Shown in pieces: positions 1 through 10,348 of a stretch of 64,000 bases of DNA. Source of the DNA: Candidatus Parcubacteria bacterium (GTDB taxonomy: Bacteria; Patescibacteriota; Minisyncoccia; Phycocordibacterales; UBA6065); NCBI GenBank assembly GCA_039796155.1, contig JBDKKJ010000007.1:58409-122408 (forward strand), given 5' to 3'. The first letter of the stretch is position 1; every line of letters begins with the position of its first letter. Position numbers and translations under genes: made by a program. The notes below the pieces were generated by a model. That model made no database searches. It saw only the letters and a list, made by a program, of their open reading frames with translations, and was not told the origin of the DNA.

Positions 1-239
1 TTATTCTTTAAAGCAAGAATATCGTCTTCTTTAGCATTTGGCACAAAGTACACATTGATATCAACTTTAGACTTTACTTCATCGAGCGATGAATTAAGAA
101 GCGCTCCGGCAAAAATAATGCCTCCAAGTGAAAAGAGTGTGAGAGTGATAATGAGAACAGATGAAAGCGACACAAAGCCGTTTCGCCAGAACGAAACGAA
201 ACCTGATTTTACGATACGCTTTGTGTTGATCCAGAACAT
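1..239 (-). CDS. ftsX: Cell-division ABC permease FtsX, N-terminal part (gene runs off window start)
   Basis: Not in ORF track (open at edge). Reverse translation from ATG at 239 reads MFWINTKRIVKSGFVSFWRNGFVSLSSVLIITLTLFSLGGIIFAG..., a typical FtsX N-terminus plus first TM helix, 18 nt downstream of ftsE. Confidence 0.7.
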   Translation of the reverse strand, partial: MFWINTKRIVKSGFVSFWRNGFVSLSSVLIITLTLFSLGGIIFAGALLNSSLDEVKSKVDINVYFVPNAKEDDILALKN

Positions 240-257
240 AGAGTGATTATAGCAAAT

Positions 258-938
258 TTACATCGCATACTTACCGTCCTTGTCATCGCGGACAACACGA
301 CCTTTCTCCATAGTGATAACGCGCTTCCCAATCGATTCAATCACACCCTTATTGTGAGTCGTTAGAATCACCGTTGTACCAAGGTCATTAATCTTCTTTA
401 AAATCTGAACGATTTCATAGGTATTAATAGGATCGAGGTTTCCTGTTGGCTCATCAGCAATGATTACGTCAGGCTGATTAACAATGGCACGTGCTATAGC
501 TACGCGCTGCTTCTCTCCTCCAGAAAGTTCTCCGGGAAAACTCCAAATCTTCTTGCCGAGGTCTACAAGGTCGAGTACATGAGGAACATCTGAAGCAATC
601 TCCTCGTCAGTACGCCCTGCAGCCTCCATGGCAAAGGCAATGTTCTCAAACACTGTTTTATTAGGAATGAGTCTAAAGTCCTGGAACACTGTTCCAAACT
701 TTCTACGATACTCAGGCATATGCTTTCGCTTGAGTTTGTGTACGTTTGTAGCATCAAACATCACAGAACCTCGTGAAGGACTATCTTCAGCAAGAATCAT
801 TTTAATTAGCGTGGTCTTGCCCGCTCCAGAGTGACCTACAATAGATACGAATTCCTTGGGAAGAATGGTAAAAGTCACCTCGTCGAGGGCAACTGATTCA
901 TCGGAGTAGATTTTTGATACTTTATCGAAATAGATCAT
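258..938 (-). CDS. ftsE: Cell-division ABC ATPase FtsE
   Basis: 226 aa; Walker A GHSGAGKTT, ABC signature LSGGEKQR, Walker B VIIADEPT; followed by ftsX. Confidence 0.9.
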   Translation of the reverse strand: MIYFDKVSKIYSDESVALDEVTFTILPKEFVSIVGHSGAGKTTLIKMILAEDSPSRGSVMFDATNVHKLKRKHMPEYRRKFGTVFQDFRLIPNKTVFENIAFAMEAAGRTDEEIASDVPHVLDLVDLGKKIWSFPGELSGGEKQRVAIARAIVNQPDVIIADEPTGNLDPINTYEIVQILKKINDLGTTVILTTHNKGVIESIGKRVITMEKGRVVRDDKDGKYAM

Positions 939-966
939 AGCCTGAGTATTATATCAATTCTAAAGA

Positions 967-1836
967 CTAAAGTCCTTTTTCTGCCTCAATAAAGAGGTCA
1001 AGGTTGCCTTCGAACACAGCATCTACGTTTGAAGTCTCGGCATCGGTTCGGTGATCTTTTACCATTTTGTATGGATGAATAACGTAAGAGCGAATCTGAT
1101 TCCCCCACTCAATGTCAGTTGTCTTTGAAATCGCCATGCCGCGCTCCTTTGCAATTCGTTCTTCTTCACGAATTTTATACAGTTTTGCCTGAAGCATATC
1201 CATAGCACGACTACGATTGTCGGCTTGTGAACGTTCAGAGTCTACATGCACCGCAATTTTTGTTGGAATATGAACCACGCGTACCGCAGTCTCTCTTTTA
1301 TTAACATTCTGCCCTCCAGGACCTGATGATCGAGCAAATTCCAATCGGATGTCGTCAGGATTAATAGTAAAGAGTTCGGCCTTTTCAAACTTGGGAATAA
1401 CTTCAACAAGGCAGAATGATGTCTGGCGCGCCTTCTTTGCACTTGTTGGTGAAATACGGACAAGGCGATGCACACCTGATTCATTCTTGAGGGTTCCATA
1501 CGCATTCTTGCCTTTAACTTCAAACGCCACGTTTCTATATCCCCCTCGTTCATTCTGGTTCTGGCTCAAGAAATAAATAGTCCAACCTTGGCGGTCAGCG
1601 TATTTCATATACATCTCGAGAAGCATCCGGGTAAAGTCCTCCGCGTCATCACCTCCCGCACCAGAGAAAATAGTGATGACCGCATTACCTCTTTCATATT
1701 TCTCGGATTCAGCTATGTCAGATTTGAGAGTGTTGAGCTCCTTGAGGATTGCTTGTGCTTTGTCTTTGTTTTCCCAGAAAGAAGCTTCGGCCATAAGCAC
1801 TTCAATCTCCTCTATTCGCTTGCGCTTTTCGTTCAT
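967..1836 (-). CDS. prfB: Peptide chain release factor 2 (short form, no frameshift site)
   Basis: 289 aa; GGQ motif (SGPGGQNVN), RF2-type block GVHRLVRISPTSAKKARQTSF and C-terminus GNLDLFIEA. TATAAT lies 6 nt upstream of the ATG; no upstream exon. Confidence 0.85.
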   Translation of the reverse strand: MNEKRKRIEEIEVLMAEASFWENKDKAQAILKELNTLKSDIAESEKYERGNAVITIFSGAGGDDAEDFTRMLLEMYMKYADRQGWTIYFLSQNQNERGGYRNVAFEVKGKNAYGTLKNESGVHRLVRISPTSAKKARQTSFCLVEVIPKFEKAELFTINPDDIRLEFARSSGPGGQNVNKRETAVRVVHIPTKIAVHVDSERSQADNRSRAMDMLQAKLYKIREEERIAKERGMAISKTTDIEWGNQIRSYVIHPYKMVKDHRTDAETSNVDAVFEGNLDLFIEAEKGL

Positions 1837-1882
1837 AAAAAGATTATAGCATCAAAGGAAATATAGTATACTTAGTACATAT

Positions 1883-2488
1883 ATGACGAAGTCTAACCCT
1901 ATTTCAAAAGAGACTCTCACACATCTTTATACATCGAAGAAGCTTTCGACAGCCTTAATAGCAAAGGAACTCAAACAATCTCAAAGAAAGATTGATTACT
2001 GGATTACAAAGTACAATATTAAAAAACGAACAATTTCAGAAGCAATATATGAACTTCGTAACCCGAACGGTGACCCCTTTAAATTTACACCACCTCAGAC
2101 TAAAGAAGATGCCCTGCTCTATGCGTTAGGTCTAGGGCTTTATTGGGGTGAAGGCGCAAAAAGAGGAAAAGGCGGAGTAAGACTTGCAAACACCGATATG
2201 AAGCTCGTAAAGATATTTATACGTTTTCTTCAAAAATTCTTTAATGTAGACAAAAAGAGGCTTCGATTTGGCCTTCAGATATTTGATGATATCAATCCGA
2301 ATGCAGCACTTAATTACTGGATGAAACAACTAGATGTTCCGAAGGAGCAATTTTATAAAGTGATCGTGTCAAAAGTAAGAGGCACTGGTACATACACCTA
2401 CAGATCGGAATACGGTGTACTCATGGTGTATTTCAACAATATAAAACTTAAAGCACTCATCTGTGAACTAATTGATAATCTTGAATAA
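1883..2488 (+). CDS. Free-standing LAGLIDADG-like homing-endonuclease-family protein with N-terminal HTH-like region
   Basis: 201 aa; single motif ALLYALGLGLYWGEGAK resembles LAGLIDADG (hydrophobic-G-hydrophobic...G-E/D-G); N-terminal LSTALIAKELKQSQRKIDYWITKY looks HTH-like. Ends 48 nt before the intron-containing tRNA. Confidence 0.5.
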   Translation: MTKSNPISKETLTHLYTSKKLSTALIAKELKQSQRKIDYWITKYNIKKRTISEAIYELRNPNGDPFKFTPPQTKEDALLYALGLGLYWGEGAKRGKGGVRLANTDMKLVKIFIRFLQKFFNVDKKRLRFGLQIFDDINPNAALNYWMKQLDVPKEQFYKVIVSKVRGTGTYTYRSEYGVLMVYFNNIKLKALICELIDNLE

Positions 2489-2536
2489 ATATACTACTCT
2501 GTCTTAGCGGTTATAAGGATATTTTCTTAATAATCA

Positions 2537-2788
2537 GCCAACGTAGCTCAGTTGGTAGAGCACGTCATTGGTGGGTCGTACAACCCCTGCCCACGCACTC
2601 GGTAACGTATGCGCGAATCCCGAATTACGGTTAAAGCCCTCTGGGTTAAGACCGTGGCGTTCAGATCTTGAACGCCCGAACGACTGACAAGGGTCTCCTC
2701 CAAGGAGAAAGATACAGTCTAGTCCTCCCGCAAGGTGAGGTGTAAACGAATGACGAGGTCATCGGTTCAATCCCGATCGTTGGCTCCA
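2537..2788 (+). tRNA. tRNA-Thr(GGU) interrupted by a group I intron after anticodon position 36 (exons 2537-2572 and 2749-2788 incl. CCA)
   Basis: Exon 1 is GCCAACG-TA-GCTC-AGTTGGTA-GAGC-A-CGTCA-TTGGT. Exon 2 is AA-TGACG-AGGTC-ATCGG-TTCAATC-CCGAT-CGTTGGC-T-CCA. Joined they give a perfect cloverleaf with loop TTGGTAA. Confidence 0.8.
2573..2748 (+). ncRNA. Group I intron (small, ORF-less, tRNA-anticodon-loop type)
   Basis: 5' exon ends in U paired to G in P1 (GGT|GGG 2570-2575 with CCTGCC 2586-2591); intron ends in G (2748). Core helices found by eye: P4 ACGG/CCGT (2627-30/2652-55) with A-rich J4/5 and J5/4; P6 GGCGTTC/GAACGCC (2656-62/2670-76); P7 GACTG/CAGTC (2682-86/2715-19); P8 TCTCCT/AGGAGA (2694-99/2703-08). 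J8/7-P7 reads AAGATACAGTC, matching the classic AAGAUAUAGUC element. P9 is CCTC/GAGG. Confidence 0.75.
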
Positions 2789-2798
2789 TAAATACCCA

Positions 2799-2821
2799 GC
2801 AACCTTAGCTGTTTTGGTAGC
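2799..2821 (+). pseudogene. Degenerate copy of a tRNA 5' half (acceptor/D-arm fragment)
   Basis: GCAACCTTAGCTGTTTTGGTAGC matches the first 22 nt of the following tRNA-Thr(CGU), GCCACCTTAGCTCAGTTGGTAG, at about 18 positions. No remainder of a cloverleaf. Confidence 0.4.
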
Positions 2822-2832
2822 TATCAAGGGTT

Positions 2833-2908
2833 GCCACCTTAGCTCAGTTGGTAGAGCAGCACATTCGTAATGTGAAGGTCCCGAGTTCGATCCTCGGAGG
2901 TGGCTCCA
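2833..2908 (+). tRNA. tRNA-Thr(CGU), CCA encoded
   Basis: GCCACCT-TA-GCTC-AGTTGGTA-GAGC-A-GCACA-TTCGTAA-TGTGA-AGGTC-CCGAG-TTCGATC-CTCGG-AGGTGGC-T-CCA. Confidence 0.9.
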
Positions 2909-2975
2909 GGGGCAAACCCTCGATTTTTTGGGCAAGATATGCTTAAATAGTCGAGCGGTAAAGAATATAACAATT

Positions 2976-3049
2976 GCGGGTGTAGCTCAGCTGGTTAGAG
3001 CGCTTCCCTGTCACGGAAGAGGCCGTGGGTTCGAGTCCCATCACTCGCG
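2976..3049 (+). tRNA. tRNA-Asp(GUC), CCA not encoded
   Basis: GCGGGTG-TA-GCTC-AGCTGGTTA-GAGC-G-CTTCC-CTGTCAC-GGAAG-AGGCC-GTGGG-TTCGAGT-CCCAT-CACTCGC-G. Confidence 0.9.
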
Positions 3050-3053
3050 CAGA

Positions 3054-3077
3054 AAAACCGCTTAAAAGCGGTTTTCT
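3054..3077 (+). terminator. Intrinsic terminator after the plus-strand tRNA cluster
   Basis: AAAACCGC-ttaaaa-GCGGTTTT followed by T-rich tail. Confidence 0.7.
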
Positions 3078-3100
3078 ACTATAAATTCAGACAAAAAATG

Positions 3101-3174
3101 TGTCGGCGGAAGGACTTGCACCTTCGACCTTAGCTTTATGAGTGCTATGCTCTAACTACCTGAGCTACGCCGAC
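3101..3174 (-). tRNA. tRNA with CAU anticodon, most likely elongator tRNA-Met
   Basis: Reverse strand GTCGGCG-TA-GCTC-AGGTAGTTA-GAGC-A-TAGCA-CTCATAA-AGCTA-AGGTC-GAAGG-TGCAAGT-CCTTC-CGCCGAC-A. Paired 1:72 and no G-C run in the anticodon stem, so not an initiator. Ile2(CAU) cannot be excluded. Confidence 0.75.
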
Positions 3175-3417
3175 TTATTGCTATTCACCAAACCCTCTAT
3201 AAGACCCAGTATCCTATACTTTAAGCCAGTTCCGTCTCTAAACTGGTTTGGTGGTAATCCTAGCAGAATAGACAAAAAATTCAAAACTTCTCGTGAAAAT
3301 AAATATTCGACATATCACAAAACTTTGACATATTACCTAATTACATTTTGTAATTATAAACGTGAAAGAAATACTATTCCCTCTCCGTAATATCTATGTG
3401 TCCTTCTCATAGTGATA

Positions 3418-3454
3418 GAAAACAGCGATCCTCTGATCGCTGTTTTCTATTTTT
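3418..3454 (+). terminator. Strong hairpin plus T-tract 35 nt upstream of the 3489 CDS (terminator/attenuator)
   Basis: GAAAACAGCGATC-ctct-GATCGCTGTTTTC followed by TATTTTT. Confidence 0.6.
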
Positions 3455-3488
3455 GAAATTATAAGGGGTAGCAGCACGTACTAACAGT

Positions 3489-3998
3489 ATGGAACCACAA
3501 CATTCGAAGAACACAGCATATTACTGGGTACAAGGAATAATCGTCGTGGCCGTTATTGCAGCTTTTATATACTTTAATTCGGGTGCAACAAAGACACCTA
3601 CAGACACTGCGTCGGACGGGACATCTGACACTACGGCACCTACCTCAATGGTAAGTCCTTATGGATCAGTCACTCTAAAAATTGGTGAGACGGCAAATTT
3701 TCGTGGAATTTCTATCACGCCACTTAAGGTTGAAGAAGACAGTCGCTGTGCAAAAGATGTTCAGTGCGTATGGGCAGGTACTGTAAAGGTAAGTGTTCGC
3801 TCTGACCTTGCTTCAGGCAAAAGTCCTATAAACATGATTACCCTCGGCCAGAAAACTACTGTCGACACCTTCTCTGTTGGTCTTACAGCAGTCGTTCCTG
3901 AAAAGCTCTCAACGAGCACTATAAGCACTTCAGATTATCGTCTCACCTTCGAAGTACACCAGAGTTCTGTTGTAGACGAAGAATTAATCGGAAAGTAA
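3489..3998 (+). CDS. Hypothetical exported/membrane-anchored protein
   Basis: 169 aa; N-terminal TM (YYWVQGIIVVAVIAAFIYF), T/S/D-rich linker, beta-rich C-terminal part with 2 Cys. No family recognised. Confidence 0.55.
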   Translation: MEPQHSKNTAYYWVQGIIVVAVIAAFIYFNSGATKTPTDTASDGTSDTTAPTSMVSPYGSVTLKIGETANFRGISITPLKVEEDSRCAKDVQCVWAGTVKVSVRSDLASGKSPINMITLGQKTTVDTFSVGLTAVVPEKLSTSTISTSDYRLTFEVHQSSVVDEELIGK

Positions 3999-4006
3999 TA
4001 AAAGAA

Positions 4007-4032
4007 AAAGCCGCCCTTACGGGTGGCTTTTT
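4007..4032 (+). terminator. Intrinsic terminator of the 3489 gene
   Basis: GCCGCCC-ttac-GGGTGGC followed by TTTTT. Confidence 0.7.
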
Positions 4033-4040
4033 CATACTTG

Positions 4041-4114
<74 letters not shown>

Positions 4115-4173
4115 ATGACTGAGCACTCAGTATACAACAACGAAACTAGAGGTGCAAGGGGTACAGAAAACCT

Positions 4174-4755
4174 TTATATATAGAAAAACTCTTCAAACAC
4201 CTTCTGGTAGAGCTCTATTGTGCGGCGTGCATCTCGATCATTTAAGAGGAAATCACTGCCCTGGTGAGCAATTTGGTTTCGAGTCTTGTGAGCTTCCCAT
4301 GCTAAATCAAGCGTAAGGAAGTCACTCTTTTCAACACCCTTGAGCTTGTCCCCAATTGAGTCACCTTGATAGCCCATTTTTTCGAGAATGGTGTCGAGCA
4401 TTATATCGGCTTCAAGAATTGCGAGGCGCCAATCAGAAGGATTGGTTGAATTGATATGAGCCTGAACTTTTTGCCATTTCTCATTGAGGACAGGATCAGT
4501 ACCCTGTTCCTTTACAGCCTCTTTAACACGGAGAAAGTGGAATTTTTTGCTCTCCTCCTCGCTAATCTGCTTGAGTCTAATGTGTGAGTACACAATTACA
4601 TATGCAAGAAAGAGTGTAAAAATAATAGCGAAAGGCCGAATCGCCTCTATAAAATGAATTATGTAGTTAAGAATGACTATAATGTCGAAATTCTGAAAGA
4701 ATTCGAATATACGCAGGAATACGTATTCAAGATTAATAAAGTTCACGCTGTCCAT
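4174..4755 (-). CDS. Membrane-anchored protein with C-terminal DUF4145/HEPN-like domain
   Basis: 193 aa; two N-terminal hydrophobic helices; C-terminal WEAHKTRNQIAHQG contains an R-x4-H motif within a helical bundle-like region. Confidence 0.45.
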   Translation of the reverse strand: MDSVNFINLEYVFLRIFEFFQNFDIIVILNYIIHFIEAIRPFAIIFTLFLAYVIVYSHIRLKQISEEESKKFHFLRVKEAVKEQGTDPVLNEKWQKVQAHINSTNPSDWRLAILEADIMLDTILEKMGYQGDSIGDKLKGVEKSDFLTLDLAWEAHKTRNQIAHQGSDFLLNDRDARRTIELYQKVFEEFFYI

Positions 4756-4761
4756 ATGACA

Positions 4762-6201
4762 TTATTGTACCTCGTTTAGGAATTTTTTTCCGAGAGCAAA
4801 GAGGATATCTTCCCGGCCGTGTGCTGCAGCAAGCTGAATACCAATAGGAAGTGACTTCCCTTCAACAGATTTAGTGCCTGCAGGAATAGATATGGCTGGG
4901 ATACCCACAAGGTTCGCGGTTACAGTAAAGATATCTTCAAGATACATAGCAACAGGGTCAGAAGCTTTCTCCCCTATTTTAAAGGCTGGAGCTGGAGCGG
5001 TTGGAGTGATGATTGCATCAACTGATTCAAAGGCTTTGGCAAAGTCGGCGCGGAGGAGCTCTCGCACGGCGGTGGCTTTGTTATAATAGGCGTCATAGTA
5101 CCCCGACGAGAGAACGTAGGCACCAAGCATAATGCGACGACGCGCTTCGCGACCGAAACCCTGTCCTCGTGACAGGAAGTAATCTTCAATCAAATCTTTG
5201 CCATCTACGTGGAGACCGTATTTAATACCGTCGAATCGCGAGAGGTTTGTTGAAACTTCCGCGGGCATCAAAACGTAATAGACCGCGAGAGAATAATCAA
5301 TATTTGGAAGTTCGACATCTTTAATCTCGTACCCGAGTGCTTCAAATTTTGTCAGCGATTCTTCAAACACCTTCATCACAGCAGGATCAATACCATCACC
5401 TTTCAAAAAGTGTCGTGGTACACCAATCGTTTTTGGTTTTGCCGCTGGATTTGGATGTGTATCAATAGAAGTGCTGTCGTATCTGTCTTTACCCTTCATA
5501 GCATTGAAAAGGATTTCTGCGTCAGCAACTGTTTTAGTCACGGGACCAATAACATCAAGTGACGATCCCATGGCCATGAGTCCGTGTCGTGAAATTGATC
5601 CGTAGGTTGGTTTGAGTCCAACCACTCCGCAGAATGATGCCGGCTGACGCACAGAACCTCCTGTATCAGAACCAAGTGAAGCAAGAGCCATATCACCTGC
5701 AACCGCAGCAACAGAACCTCCTGACGAACCTCCAGCGACACGTGATAGGTCGTGAGGATTCTTGGTTACGCCATACGCAGAGTTTTCTGTAGAACCTCCC
5801 ATGGCAAATTCATCCATGTTTGCCCGGCCAAGGAATACAACCCCGGCCTCCTTAAGCTTTGCAATTGCTGTTGCATCGTATGGACCAACATATCCTTCAA
5901 GGATTTTTGAAGCAGAACCCACCCTCTTGCCTTCAATCAAAAGATTGTCCTTGATTGCAATAGGAATTCCCGCCAAAACACTTCCACCCTTTCGAACAAG
6001 CTTCTGTGCCGCTTCAGCCTGAGCTATTACATCGTTGTACACTTCGAGATACGCGTGAATGTCGCCGTCTTTTTTTGCAATCGCATCAAGATACGCCTGA
6101 GCAAGTTCCTTTACAGTAAAGTCGCCCTTAACAAGGGCTTCGTGTGCTTTAGAAATAGTGAGGGTTGTGAGATCAATCATATTATTGTGAGGAACCACCA
6201 A
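4762..6201 (-). CDS. gatA: Glu/Asp-tRNA amidotransferase subunit A
   Basis: 479 aa; amidase signature GGSSGGSVAAVA and GSDTGGSVRQPA; preceded by gatC. Confidence 0.92.
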   Translation of the reverse strand: MVVPHNNMIDLTTLTISKAHEALVKGDFTVKELAQAYLDAIAKKDGDIHAYLEVYNDVIAQAEAAQKLVRKGGSVLAGIPIAIKDNLLIEGKRVGSASKILEGYVGPYDATAIAKLKEAGVVFLGRANMDEFAMGGSTENSAYGVTKNPHDLSRVAGGSSGGSVAAVAGDMALASLGSDTGGSVRQPASFCGVVGLKPTYGSISRHGLMAMGSSLDVIGPVTKTVADAEILFNAMKGKDRYDSTSIDTHPNPAAKPKTIGVPRHFLKGDGIDPAVMKVFEESLTKFEALGYEIKDVELPNIDYSLAVYYVLMPAEVSTNLSRFDGIKYGLHVDGKDLIEDYFLSRGQGFGREARRRIMLGAYVLSSGYYDAYYNKATAVRELLRADFAKAFESVDAIITPTAPAPAFKIGEKASDPVAMYLEDIFTVTANLVGIPAISIPAGTKSVEGKSLPIGIQLAAAHGREDILFALGKKFLNEVQ

Positions 6202-6478
6202 GGATTTTCTTTACCTTAAAATAATCACCTTCTTTCTTTGGAGCAAGAGCAATTATTTTCTTTGTATAAAGACCGCCCGCATGCGCATGAGCGTCTTCAC
6301 GCAATACATTTATATTTACAGACATAACTGGTCCAGTCTCGATACCTGTAGCTGATTTAAGCTTGTCTACATAAGCCAAAATAGAACCCATATCTTTCTG
6401 CATATGTGTAATTTCCTCCTCAGAAAGCTGAAGACGTGAAAGGATTGCTAGTTTTATGATTTCTTCGCGGGTAATCAT
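6182..6478 (-). CDS. gatC: Glu/Asp-tRNA amidotransferase subunit C
   Basis: 98 aa; typical GatC start (ITREEIIKLAILSRLQLSEEE) and 20-nt overlap with gatA. Confidence 0.85.
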   Translation of the reverse strand: MITREEIIKLAILSRLQLSEEEITHMQKDMGSILAYVDKLKSATGIETGPVMSVNINVLREDAHAHAGGLYTKKIIALAPKKEGDYFKVKKILGGSSQ

Positions 6479-6527
6479 ACGTTTTGTTGTTTGTACTATA
6501 GCAAATAAGGCTTATTTTTGCGAAAAA

Positions 6528-9133
<2,606 letters not shown>

Positions 9134-9136
9134 GCT

Positions 9137-9745
9137 TTAGAAATTTAGTATGTATTCTCTCACCGTGAACGTTCGAGGTGGTGAAAACAACGTGGTCTTC
9201 CATGCAACCGTCACAGAAATCAGCGCCTCCCTGCCCGAACCAGACACAGTATTATCAATCGAAATAGTTCGAGTGAACGGTGTTGTCACCCATGATCCAC
9301 CCATACCTGTATCATATCCGTACAGTTTGTTTGTTGTATCAAACGAAAGTACGGGACATCCACTACTACACTGTGAAATCGCGTTTGTGTTTACCGTACC
9401 GTCATTATTATTAAAGCTTGAATAGACTGAGTTTATTTGGTATGTCGCGTTTACGACAGAACAATTTGAATTTGCGGGTAAGCAGAACTGCTTGAGCCAC
9501 CACACAGCCTGGATACGATTTGTATCACGTACATTTCGAATATATTCAACTGCCTCCTGTGCAAGATAGAAAGCAGTAATTTGATCACGTGCATAAATTG
9601 CTGATCCAATTCCTTTTTGAGCAATGAGAAGAGGTCCCGTCACAGCCATCGAAAGAATCGAAATCGCAACCATTGATTCAACCAGAGTAAAGCCCGCTTT
9701 CGTTGCAGTTCTCTTTGAAAAAAAAGTGAGTAGAATTTTAAACAT
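9137..9745 (-). CDS. Minor pilin (prepilin-type N-terminal cleavage/methylation domain)
   Basis: KAG|FTLVESMVAISILSMAV signature. ORF-track start 9814 overlaps the upstream gene; ATG at 9745 (MFKILLTFFSKRTATKAGFTLVE) is more likely. Confidence 0.6.
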   Translation of the reverse strand: MFKILLTFFSKRTATKAGFTLVESMVAISILSMAVTGPLLIAQKGIGSAIYARDQITAFYLAQEAVEYIRNVRDTNRIQAVWWLKQFCLPANSNCSVVNATYQINSVYSSFNNNDGTVNTNAISQCSSGCPVLSFDTTNKLYGYDTGMGGSWVTTPFTRTISIDNTVSGSGREALISVTVAWKTTLFSPPRTFTVREYILNF

Positions 9746-9752
9746 AGTAGTG

Positions 9753-10334
9753 TTATGCATCAATTGCACGCTGAGATATTGTGGTTTGAATATTGAATTC
9801 AGATCGTGTTGCACCTATACCCGCATAACCTTGGAGGGTTATTACGACCTTTGGTTGTTTTCCATCAGCGGTACCAGTACCAATTACATAAAACTTAAGT
9901 GACTGAATAGTGATTTCATCTGCGGTCACATTCCACGTAGAAGAGTTTGTCCCAAGAATACTTTTAGTGATCTTTCCACTTGTAAGAGTGTACTCAATCT
10001 GATCATTAAGATTTGTAGCATCGTAAGATCCATCACCATCAATATCCCTATTTGCCTTAAAGGTAAGTCGTGTTCCGGGATTTGTTGAACAGTCACCACT
10101 ACCGTCACATGTATATTTAAAACCTACTCGAATATCACGAGTCATCGCTTCGAGTGCGTAGTTAAGGTTTGTCATCACCGACTTGAGTGTATGAGTCTTT
10201 TTATTTGCTTGAACAATTGAGAACACTGAACCTGTCGCAACCAACATTACAAGGGCAAAAATAGAAACAGAAACAAGCACCTCAATAAGTGTGAATGCTC
10301 TGTCCCTATTCGTGCGTAAGAGTGCTTGATTCAT
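9753..10334 (-). CDS. Minor pilin (PilW/GspJ-like)
   Basis: 193 aa; RDRA|FTLIEVLVSVSIFALVMLV prepilin signature. Confidence 0.6.
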   Translation of the reverse strand: MNQALLRTNRDRAFTLIEVLVSVSIFALVMLVATGSVFSIVQANKKTHTLKSVMTNLNYALEAMTRDIRVGFKYTCDGSGDCSTNPGTRLTFKANRDIDGDGSYDATNLNDQIEYTLTSGKITKSILGTNSSTWNVTADEITIQSLKFYVIGTGTADGKQPKVVITLQGYAGIGATRSEFNIQTTISQRAIDA

Positions 10335-10348
10335 ACAATGGGTCTTTA

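Noticed and set aside
1837-1882. Search for the RF2 programmed +1 frameshift site (CUU UGA C) and an upstream short exon
   Set aside because: The 46-nt gap to the divergent gene holds only a TATAAT box. The ORF starts at the region equivalent to post-frameshift RF2, so no frameshift is present.
3142-3390. 82-aa plus-strand ORF
   Set aside because: It starts inside the tRNA(CAU) gene on the opposite strand, is low-complexity and has no motif. The region is better explained as intergenic with a promoter and leader.
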